Part shown: piece by piece, positions 27,156-37,900 of the stretch
Numbering within the stretch: position 1 is the stretch's first letter
Layout of the letters: each line of letters begins with the position of its first letter
Program-made: the position numbers and the translations under genes
The notes under the pieces: model-generated
What the model was told of the DNA's origin: nothing
Seen by the model: only the letters and a program-made list of their open reading frames with translations
The model's database searches: none
DNA from: Dimorphilus gyrociliatus
Taxonomy: Eukaryota; Animalia; Annelida
DNA length: 64,000 nt
Direction: 5' to 3'
Assembly: GCA_904063045.1 (NCBI GenBank)
Contig: CAJFCJ010000006.1
Coordinates: 1,850,946-1,914,945 of the forward strand

Positions 27156-30100
27156 ATGAAGATAATTTTAATATTTATACTTGTTTGTAAGTTTTAAGAG
27201 AAAACTCTTTCAAATTCAACATTTTTATATTTTCTATGTATTTCTTGTTCCATTTTTTGATAATTTAGCCACCTGTTCCTGTAGGGATTATTCAAAATTT
27301 CCAAAGAATACTGCAGTTTTCAATGGACAACCTGCAAGACTTAATTGCACTGCCATTGACGAAGTTAGAATCTATGATGAAACTTCGTGGATATATACAC
27401 AGAGTCAATGGCTTATTACATATAGAATAGCGTTAAATTTAACAATAAACCCATTTCAAAGTAGCAAATATGAATTTGCTGATAATTCAACATACTCCTT
27501 AAATATTCAGAGTGTTAATCAGGATACTGCAGGTGTATACGAATGTTCTGGTTCTTACGGTGGAAACAAAGTTGATAACTTTCATGCTTTTGTTCTATCT
27601 ATGGGTAAGTACACAACTATAAAAATATTACATCAAAGATCACGTGATATTAAAAGATTCTTAACCTTAGAGAGTGAACCTAGTTGCGAAGAACAAATAG
27701 AATCTTTACCAGATAATTTACCAAGCAATTTAAAGATTGTATACTGTTTTATTGAATACGCAAGCTTTTATCCTCCTAGTATTAATATTACATCTTCTGG
27801 AAAAATCTATAATGTTTTAAGTGAAACACGAGTAATTTTTGACGGAAGTTACCATACTGGAGGAGCATGCGCTTTAATAGATAGATCAGAATCTTTTAGT
27901 TGTTCTGTTAAGTTTGGTTCCCCTCCACCCGAACTTTTGCTAGATATATCATACGACGACAGTGCCCCCGATATCCAGGCTAGTTGCTCTAATTCATCTG
28001 GAAGAAATCTAACTAGTAAGTTCAATTAAATTATCAGTCACACTTGAATTTATCTGAATGCTATGAGATTTTTTACTATTAGTTAGCACGCATGATTGTC
28101 TCATTTTCACTCCTTTTTAATCGTTATCATTTTTTTTTATTAAATTTATTAAGTACCTCCATGGATACTGGATGGATGTCAAAATATCTATGAACCTCTA
28201 AAACCTCAGGTAATAAATATTCCAAAGAATACTGCAGTTACGAGAGGATCTTCGGCAAATATGACATGTACGTCAAGAAATTTCGGTTCATTCGGTTTAG
28301 TTCAATGGTTTTACAGACAAAGCGAGTCCGATCAGGCTGTTACAATTTCGGTGAACAATATAATCTATCCAAGTGCACAGGGATTAATTGAATTGTACGA
28401 TACTTATAACTTGAACGTTTTGAGCGTTGATCAAGTGACAACAGGTCTCTTCCAATGTACTGCCAGTGATGAAAATTTTTATGCTGTTCACGAGGCGTTT
28501 CTCTTAGAGATGGGTATATTGTTGTTGTTATTACTTTTTCATTTGTCTGATAACTATAGATTATTATCACATAGAAAAAAGTTCAATATGTATCACGAAG
28601 AGATATGCGGAACTGGATGACTTAGTTACTCCAAGAAAAGCAGCATTTTGCCTAACAAATTACACTGGATCTTATCACCCTACCGCTAGTATTATGGCAA
28701 ATGGTAATCTTAAAGAAACGTTTACGTTTGAAGTAAACAACACTGTAGGAGCTTGTGCTGCTATCCTAATTAGTGAAAGAATTAATTGCAGTATGAAATT
28801 CGGAACACCTCCTGATAATCTTATCCTTTTTGAAATTACTGATAACTCGGCTCCAGATCTTGTTACTTATTGTGATGAAGAAATTGTAGATACTGAAGAG
28901 GACAATCTCTTTCCAAAATGGCTTGAGGAGAAGTGTGCGGAAGCTCTATTTCCGAAACCACAAGAACTTTTAAGAAAACCTGAAAATGTAGCTGTTGCGA
29001 GGGGATCTACAAACGTTACCATGCATTGTTCAACTGCAAACTTTCGCAACTATGATTATAACAGTTGGAGATTTTCTGCTGAGCCTGGAGGAACACAAGA
29101 TATTATCACAGGAGTCGATTTTGTTCTTATTGGTTTTGAACATTTATACGGAATTGAGGGAACGTGGGATTTAGTGGTGAAGGAGGTCAATGATAAAACA
29201 ACAGGAATTTACGAGTGTGAAGTTAGAGCTGATGCCGAAAGTGGAAATATTGAGGGTAATTTTATGGCATTTTTACTTGAAATGGGTGAGCTTTAATTGA
29301 AATAATTTAGTAAAAATTTAATATTTTTAAACTATCTTAAATTAGAATCTGAACCGCTGTGCGCCGAAGATCCGTATGATGGAGTTGTTCCTGATTATTT
29401 AAAAGTTGTCTTCTGCCTGACTAATTACACAGGAGCATATGCTCCTCAAGTTTCAATAACAGCGGAAAATGGTATTGAGATTTCGGCAAAGGTATTAAAT
29501 GGTAGTCAAGTTGGTTCTTGTGCCGTAATCAAGAAAGAAGATGAATATAACTGCACTGTAAAGTTTGGTACTCCTCCGACAGATTTAACTTTATTTGGAG
29601 ATTTTGACACTTCCGCTCCTAATTATACAACAAGCTGTTCTAGTAAAAATTCTATAAACATAGCAAATAAAATACCAAGGTGGTTAGAAGAGCAGTGTAT
29701 AAATAATTATGGAGAACCAAGGGTTATTAAACGCCCCGTTAATACTGCTGCGTTTACTGGAGAAAAAGCCCAACTTGATTGCACTACAAAATCATTTAAT
29801 CAATACGGTGGTGTTTTTTGGTCAATAAAACCTGAAAATGGCAATATCATTCCGTTATCCTTTCAAGATATTATATCCCCTAACTATCCAGATCAGTACA
29901 GCATTCAAGATAAATGGAATCTTATTATTAACAGTGTTAATAAGGAAACGACCGGCTTATATGAATGCTACGCCAGCGATTTAGGCGTTGATGTTTTCTA
30001 TGATGTTCATTTGCTGGAAATGGGTAATTTTTATTTTAATACGTGCAAAACAGTCATTGATATTGTTAACTCTTTACAGCTAAAACACCATCTTGCCTAG

Positions 30101-32250
30101 AGATCCCTTACAATGATGCTCCTGGAATGAAATTAGCATTCTGTATGACTAATTACTCGGGTGCCTATTTTCCTAACTTCAATCTAACATTTTCGGGAGA
30201 TGTACAATCCGGAAAAGTTTTTGTAAAAGATGGTCAAGCAGGAACGTGTGCGGTTATTAAAGAAACGATGGCTTTTGATTGTACTGTCAAATTTGGAAGT
30301 CCACCTTTCACTCCTGGCAATGAGAATTTAGATTATTCAGCTCCTAATTTAACGGCACACTGCTCTGGAGGGTCTTCGCCTCAACAAAGTAAGAAAATAT
30401 CAATCTTTTCTTTATGTCTATTATAAAAATTATAACGTTATTAAAATGCAGTACCGCCCTGGCTTATGGACGATTGTTTATCAAATCAACAAATGACCAC
30501 TCCCGAACCAAAGCCTCCACAAATTATAAGACTAGCAACAAATACAGCAGTATTAAGGAACCAGTTTGTAACTTTACCCTGTACAACTAGAAATTTTCCA
30601 AGTAATGGATTTGTCATATGGAGCTTTATATCGCCGGTTTTTGACGGTTTAGGTATTATTTCGATCAAAGATGAAATTATGACTAACGTACCAAAGGATA
30701 GATATGCAATAAATGATACATGGAGTTTAGATATATCAAAGGTAAACGTGAACACTACGGGATTGTATGACTACTATATTATGGACGGAGTTGATAAAAA
30801 CATCTATAAATATATCTTCCTTAGCGAACTTGGTTTGTAAATATAATCATAAATATACATTATCATTTATTTCTTACAATTTCATATAGAAGAAAAGCCT
30901 AAATGCATTACTTCGTCTCACGATAATCTTCCAACTACAAAACAATTTGTTTATTGCACTTCCGACTACTCAGGCTTCTATCCTCCAGGCGCAAACATAA
31001 CTGTAGATGGCGATATTGTTTCATTTGTCTCGTCTCAAAAGAATGGAAAAGTAGGAAGTTGTGGAATAATTGATAAAGGAAAACCTTTTCTTTGTCAAGT
31101 TAAATTTGACTCACCTCCAGTAATACATCCGAACTTTCCAATTGACATGACAGCCCCTAGTTTAACTACCGAATGTTCTGAGAATTCTGGATCAATAGGC
31201 GACGGTAAAGAGGATTACTTACCATTCGTTAAATCGTCAAAAAACAATTTAGAAGATATTAAATAACTGCTTCCCTTTTTAGTGCCCCAATGGCTTCAAG
31301 ATTTGTGTATTAAAGGTATAGAGGAAACTACACCTATCCCGACTACTCTTAGTCCCGACTTTCAAATTCTAACGAAACCTAAAAATATCGCTACTTTGAC
31401 TAATGACTCAGTTCAATTATCTTGTGGCGTCAAAGGTTATGGCGCAAATTGGGAATTTAGAGATATGAGTTCGTCTACAAAAACTATCTCTGTTAATAGT
31501 GACGTTGTCCAAAATATGAAAGACAGATACCAGATTGTGGAAACTTACAATTTAAGGATTCTACAAGGCAATTCCAATACTGCTGGTCTCTATAAATGTT
31601 TGATAACAAAGGACGGAAGTATCTTAGAAACTAATGGAGCTTTTGTCAGTACACTTGGTAATTTCAGCAATAATTATCTAAATGAGTGGAATCTATATTT
31701 ACGATTTCCCAACAGATAGACCTAAATGTGTAACTTCGACATCTGCCAATTTAGCTCTACCATCGGGACAAAAAATGGCATTTTGTTTCACAACATTCTC
31801 TGCAAAATGGACTCCAACTCTATCTATGATGATATTAGATTCGCAATCAACTTCCACATATTTTAACATTGTAGGAAATATGGCAGGTAAATGTGCACTA
31901 ATATCGAAATTAGGAAGCTTTACATGTGAAGGAGAGTTTGATGCACCTCCCGCTAATATTATTGAACAAGGTGTAGACAACTCGAAGCCAACCTTTTCGT
32001 TGTCATGCTATACTGCAACAGTTAATGGTAAGCTATTTATTATAGGAAAGCGTCAATGTTTTAATATGCACTATTTATTTACTAAAATGTTACAGTACCA
32101 GAATGGCTAATGAACGAATGCAAAGAGAAATATGGCGGGCAAACAACAACCTCTATATCCTCCACCCCGGGTAATGACTGCGGAAGTATCAACCATTCAG
32201 GCATTATTTGGTTAATTGGGTTACTTTTCACAATCAATATGATAAAATGA
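27156..32250 (+). CDS. Ig-superfamily surface protein B: signal peptide, 6 x (V + six-Cys C2-like), GPI signal
   Basis: 12 exons, all phase 1. It starts MKIILIFILV|STCSCRDYSKFPKNTAVF and its units are collinear with gene A. It ends ...NDCGSINHSGIIWLIGLLFTINMIK*, nearly the same tail as gene A. Exons at about 29345-30023 and 30890-31204 are open but absent from the ORF track because they lack an in-frame start codon. Confidence 0.88.
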
Positions 32251-32599
32251 CGCATCAAGCTTTAACATACTTTTAGTCATTTTTTTTTGTACAACTATAA
32301 AATTTTATTAGGATTAATAAACTTCCAATGATGAAAGCTCAAAGATCACTGGCAGTTTATTCTGTCTATTGTATCTAGGAGCTTCAGATTTATCTGTCGA
32401 CAATAAACAAGTGTATTTTTTATGTTTAAGTATTATATTATCAAAAAACTTTATCATTTTCGTAATGAATTTACCATATATGATTTGCATAATAAAAATT
32501 ATAAATATAAGTTTCTTTTTGGCCGAGTGTCATTTATTTTACTCTATTCCATACTTAAAGTTGTTTATGAACTTCTTATTGCTTAGAAATTTTTTAGAA

Positions 32600-34594
32600 A
32601 TGACTCTGTCAAGGATTGCTGTAGTGTTAATTATTATTGGTATTCTTATTATTTTGTCGACTAATGATGACAGTTTAGTAATTTTATTACTTTTCACCTC
32701 TCCATAGCTACAGTTGACTGTAGAGATTATATGAAATTTCCAAAGAATACTGCAGTTTTTTTTGGAGAACCCGCAAAACTTAACTGCTCTGCTGTAGACG
32801 AAGTGAGAGTATATGATCTAACTTCGTGGATTTACACAAAGAGTCAAACATTGTATACTTATGCAATAGCGAAAAATTTAACAGTGGACCCATTTCATAA
32901 AGGCAATTTTGAATTTGCTGATAATACAACATATTCATTGGCTATTAAAAGTGTTAACAAAGATACGTCAGGTGTATATGAATGCTCTGGGTCTTATGAG
33001 GGAAACAAAGTTGATAATTTTCATGCTTTTGTCTCTTCTATGGGTAAGACAAATTTTAATAAGGGAAATAAATAGGAGAATAGAAATATAAGACTGTTTT
33101 ATAATTGATGTATGATTTTTGTGTTATCGATGTTTTATTGATTTCAGACAGTAAACCTGGCTGTAACGAGCAAAGAGACTCTCTGCCAGATTCAATTGGA
33201 AATGATAGAAAAATTGTCTATTGCTATACTGATTATGCAGGTTTTTATCCGCCCACTCTAACATTTACATCGTCCAGTCCAATTATAAATAAATATGATA
33301 CTGAATATGGAATACCTGATGGAAATTATTTCTCGACTGGATCTTGCGCAATTGTTAACAGCTCCAGCACTTTCTCTTGTACAGCTAAGTTTGGTGCTCC
33401 CCCAGTTGATTTGATTAATGACTTATCGTTTGATATAAGTTCTCCTGATCTTGAATCATCTTGCTCCAGCTCGAATCCCAGTCAGGAACCGAGTAAGTAC
33501 ATAAGAAATAGATTCTAGTCTTACTTTACTTTCCCTAATTTTAGTTCCAGCATGGCTAAAGTCGAAATGTGCGAGATCTTTAGGAAGAGATTATAATCAT
33601 AGACCAAGGAATCAGGTGGTTGCCCCTGAGTCATCAGCTGTGCTCAATTGTTCAGACGTTAATTCAGGAAAGCATGACAAAGGAACCTGGAAGGCAATAC
33701 AGAGTGATGGAGGATCGGGCTTTGACTTGGCAGTTAACTTTGAGATAAAAGAAAGTTTAAAAAAATTTTTCGAATTTCCTATTGAGGACGTTTTCAACCT
33801 AAAAATTAAAGCTATAGATAAATATTTAACTGGTTATTATCTCTTTGAATATTCCCTTTTATATTGTAAACCGCTTTTCCTAATTCTCCTTAGGCTATTA
33901 TGAATGCACTGGTCTTAAGGACGATACCATTATGGAACAATACAGCGCCTTTGTTCTTTCAATTGGTAATCATTTAATCTTCCATTCTTTTGTCATTTAT
34001 TGATCTATTAATACCATATTTTGGTACAGATAAGCCTACTTGTCAGCTTAATTCTCATGATGCTTTGCCTGAAGGCCAAAAATTGGGCTTTTGTCATACC
34101 ACGTTTGCAGGTGATTGGTTACCATATGCTCATATGGTGATCAATGACGTAATAGCTCCATCTCCACTATTCGATAGACCTAGCCCACCATTGAATCCAG
34201 ATTGGGCGATGGTAGGCAGTTGCTTGATAATAAGCAACTCTGATAGTTTCAATTGTAAGGTTGGTTTTGATAGACCACCCGATCACGTCTTAGAAGACTC
34301 TAAGAACGTAGATCTTACTGCTCCAGATTTCGAAGAAACATGCACTCTTGAAAATTCACAAGGTATAATAATTTGGAACAACAGAAAGAATAATGTTTAC
34401 TATTTATTTTGTTTTATATCACAGCTCCTGCATGGCTAGTAAATGACTGCGAAAATTTTCTAAACTTTCCACAGCAAACGCAAGCGCAAACGCAGACTCA
34501 AACTCAAACGCAAAAAACGACACAAAGCAACAATTCCAATAGAAACTACCCTAAGTTTATCATTCTTGTTTTTCTTCTAATACTGATTGATTAA
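32600..34594 (+). CDS. Ig-superfamily surface protein C: signal peptide, 2 x (V + six-Cys C2-like), Gln/Thr stalk, GPI signal
   Basis: Seven exons, all phase 1. It starts MTLSRIAVVLIII|ATVDCRDYMKFPKNTAVF. The second V domain is split by an extra 61-nt intron (33833-33893). It ends QTQAQTQTQTQTQKTTQSNNSNRNYPKFIILVFLLILID*. Confidence 0.85.
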
Positions 34595-35322
34595 CTTGAG
34601 AAATTAACTTTTAAACCAAGTTTGAGTAATAAAAAAACTATTAAAATAAATACTTCTGCCACTCTCAATACGTTTGAATGATTTTTATATAAAAACAAAG
34701 ATGTCACTACCGTAACTGATGAAATGAGTTTAGTATGAACAAATTGAAATTTAGATATAAATATTTGTTTAATTCCATTGTAAATTTGTAATGGGAAGTG
34801 AGAAAGATTTAAAAGTAAATATAAGGTAGAATACTCTCAATCGAACAATAGAAATTTGAAATTTTATGTCATGTAAAATTCATCAACTTTCCATAACAAA
34901 GATTCTACATTAATAATTCATTTGCACAAGTGACGTCACTATTGAACATGCATTTTGAATTAATTTAGAAAGAGGTTGTTTATGAATATTTCTATGGTAA
35001 GAATTGATTTGAAGACAATAATTCTGATCTGTTGCATAAATATACTTGATTAATTGTTTAACGTCTGCACCATAGACTTGCGGTGTTTGCTCTTTGCTCT
35101 TTTTCGTTTTTATTTCTCTTTTTGTTATTATTTTTTTCTTAAAAAGAAACCGAAGAAATATATTATTGATTTTTTTTAAATATATAGAAGTATTAAGATA
35201 GAAAGAATAAAAGGAAAAGAGCAAAGAAGAGGTAATTTAACTGTTTATTTAATTGTTTTTACGTCTTCAACCTTTTTCCTGAATATTTCATTAAACTGTG
35301 TCTTTTAATTTAGTCACATAAA

Positions 35323-36387
35323 ATGGAGGATACTAATGGAACTCAATCAAAAGATGTTCTGGATATATTCCACAATGTTAAATTACTTGCAGTATTCAGT
35401 ATACTAAATTCAGTTTCTGTTGCATGTTTAATATTCTCAGCATTTACAATATATTTTGTTGGCTCTCACAAAAGTTTACCTGGAAAATGCCTTATAAATT
35501 TAACCCTTTCTTTGGCTTTGGCAAAATTAGCTTTTCAAGTGAATCCTAACTTCTCCCATAAGCCAAATGTTTGTTCTTCAGCCGCTGCCGCTCAGCATTA
35601 CGTTTGTCTTGTTGCATTTCTTTGGAAAAGGTAAACAAGAACTGATATATGTACTTAATGAAACCTAATTAGCATAACGAATTTTTATAGTATTCTTTCG
35701 CACGATCTCTCTACAAGAGTTAAACTTCACGCAGATCATCATTTGTCCAATGATGTTAAAGAATATACTATAGATCAAAAGAAGATCCTACGCTTCAGTC
35801 TATGCATAGCTTTTGCTTGGGGATTGCCAATTGCCATAGTTCTGTCATGCGTTGTTATAGAAGTATTTATAAAATCCTCTTTTCATTATGGAAATCCTGC
35901 ATATTGCGGTGTTTTTGGCGATAACATGCTTGTTTGGTCTTTGGCATTGCCTTTGGTCTGCATATCTATTTATACTTTGATCGGATTTCTGAGATCATCT
36001 TTCATCATTGCGAATAAATTTCAAAGAAAGAATAACTTTCAAATGTTGAGTGCAAAGTATCATTTAAGTAATAAGCTAATTACAAACGGAAATGATACTG
36101 TCGCTAGATGGCAATTAGGATTTTATTCAAAAATTACCATGGTTATGCTATTATCGTGGTTATCTGGATTTATTGCTGCATTTACTAATAACTTACCAGC
36201 ATGGATTTTCTTTGTTGTGCTGAATAGCAGTCAAGGTTTATTCTTTGGCTATTCCCTTATTATATCCACCCATTATTGGAAAGATCTAATATCTCGTATT
36301 CCGGTATTTAATAAATGTTGTTATAGAAATTCGGCCGATCAAACAGAAGTAGCCATTATCATGAAGTCAATGGACCCTCAACCATAG
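35323..36387 (+). CDS. Secretin/adhesion/Methuselah-type (family B) 7TM receptor with a very short N-terminus
   Basis: Two exons (35323-35630 and 35691-36387, phase-2 intron). Family-B-like motifs: SLPGKCLINLTLSLALA (TM2), CSSAAAAQHYVCLVAFLW (TM3), AWGLP (TM4), YGNPAYC (ECL2), VMLLSWLSGF (TM6), FFVVLNSSQGLFF (TM7). Confidence 0.85.
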
Positions 36388-36676
36388 TCTGGGCTGAAGC
36401 CTTACCATTCATTTTTTCTCCAATTTCACTGCAAGCTGTTCACTCTTAACCTTGAATAGCCATACATCTCTTGCATAGCAATGAATAATTGAAAGATAAA
36501 CAAGGACTATAGTTCATTATTATATTTACTAATACATTAATTCTGATTGCATTTCTATTATTACTGTAAATTTTTCACATTTAAAGACTATAGAAATACA
36601 TTAAAGATATTTTAAATAGCTACTTTATCGTCTTTTATAACGACATCTCAAATATGCTTTATATTCTAATACAGTT

Positions 36677-36717
36677 ACACACAGACACACACACACACAC
36701 ACGCACTCTCTCTCTCT
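36677..36717. repeat. Compound (CA)n/(CT)n microsatellite
   Basis: Visible dinucleotide runs between two convergent genes. Confidence 0.85.
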
Positions 36718-36942
36718 ATCCTCGGAAAAAGAGACTCAAATAATTCAATGAAGTTTATACTTCTATCATTTATTTTAGGCTAAGCAAAGCAAGTATTTTA
36801 GCTTATAGAAATTACACTTGTAGTTTTCTAAATAATTAAATCTCTATAATTTCTCTCAGGAAAACAATAATGTCATCTTTTAAAAAGCATAATTTAATGT
36901 TGTTTTCTTAAAAAGAGTGAACACGTAAAATAAGTATCTTAT

Positions 36943-37622
36943 TTATTTCTTGCTTGAAGATGATGATGATGATGTTGATGTTGATGATGACGATTTTTTA
37001 TCATGTTTAGTTCGCTCATAATCCCTTTTTCTGGAATGTTTATTTTTGTCCTCTGATTTATATCTATTCCAACTTTAGAAGTATAAAAATATGGTATTTA
37101 GAGTATTCATTTATTTCAAGAGAAAAGTAATAAATTTTACCGTTTATCCGATTTTTCTTTATCGTTATAATCTCTTGAGAGTTCTTGACTCTTTGCCTTT
37201 GCATTTTGTAGGCGTTTTGTCACGTCTCTTGCAGAGCTTTGTGTTGCTTTAATAACATTTGCTAAAAATCGACGATTCGGTTTGACCTTTGGTTTTCTCC
37301 TTTAGAATAGAAAATTTTTGTCTTAACAATTTCAAATAAATAAACACTTTATTATATATAAACTTACCATCCATAAACTCCTAAACTCTTTTCCCTCTCT
37401 GTACCTCTTCTTGCTTCTTCTAAGAGCGCTTCTGTAGCTTTTCTATTTATTTTACATAAGTTAAATTTAGAATAATTAGGTAAATAATATCAGCTGAATA
37501 AAATATCTAGAATATAGAGATTCCCCTATTATCGCCCATCATTTATTAAAATTACTGAAAAATCTCTTTGAAAATCATCTAGAATAAATTTAAATTAACC
37601 TGGTTAGTTCATCATCATTCAT
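36943..37622 (-). CDS. POLR1D-isoform-2-like small basic protein (not the RPAC2 polymerase subunit)
   Basis: Four exons with consistent phase-2 GT-AG introns give MNDDELTR|KATEALLEEARRGTEREKSLGVYGW|RKPKVKPNRRFLANVIKATQ...KR|WNRYKSEDKNKHSRKRDYERTKHDKKSSSSTSTSSSSSSSKK*. This aligns with human POLR1D isoform 2 as I recall it (MEEDQELERKAIEELLKEAKRGKTRAETMGPMGWMKCPLASTNKRFLINTIKNT). The ORF track misses it. Confidence 0.75.
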
Positions 37623-37900
37623 ACTGAACACACAGATTGTAAATTGAAATTTATTAAAGCATTTAAAAACAGTTTTTTATATTCGGTCGACCATCTTTAG
37701 AATTTTCCGAAAGCAAAGTCTATTGGATAATAAAAGAAATCAAAAAATTTTCAGCATTGAGAGGATTAAAAGTGTTATTTTTAATGAAAAAGTTAATAAA
37801 AAATAAACTTTAATTTTATTCTTAAAATTTAAAAGATAAATAAAAAATTTTTCAATGACTTTATTCGATCAAGAGAATTTCAACGTCATAGCAACGAAAA

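Noticed and set aside
20443-34594. Dscam-like array of mutually exclusive alternative exons
   Set aside because: V and C exons alternate and splice consecutively into three complete ORFs with separate signal peptides. There are no runs of interchangeable same-position exons.
20443-36387. Idea that the Ig array and the downstream 7TM form one giant adhesion GPCR
   Set aside because: Each Ig gene has its own stop codon after a GPI-type tail, and no GAIN/GPS motif precedes TM1. Only a functional partnership remains possible.
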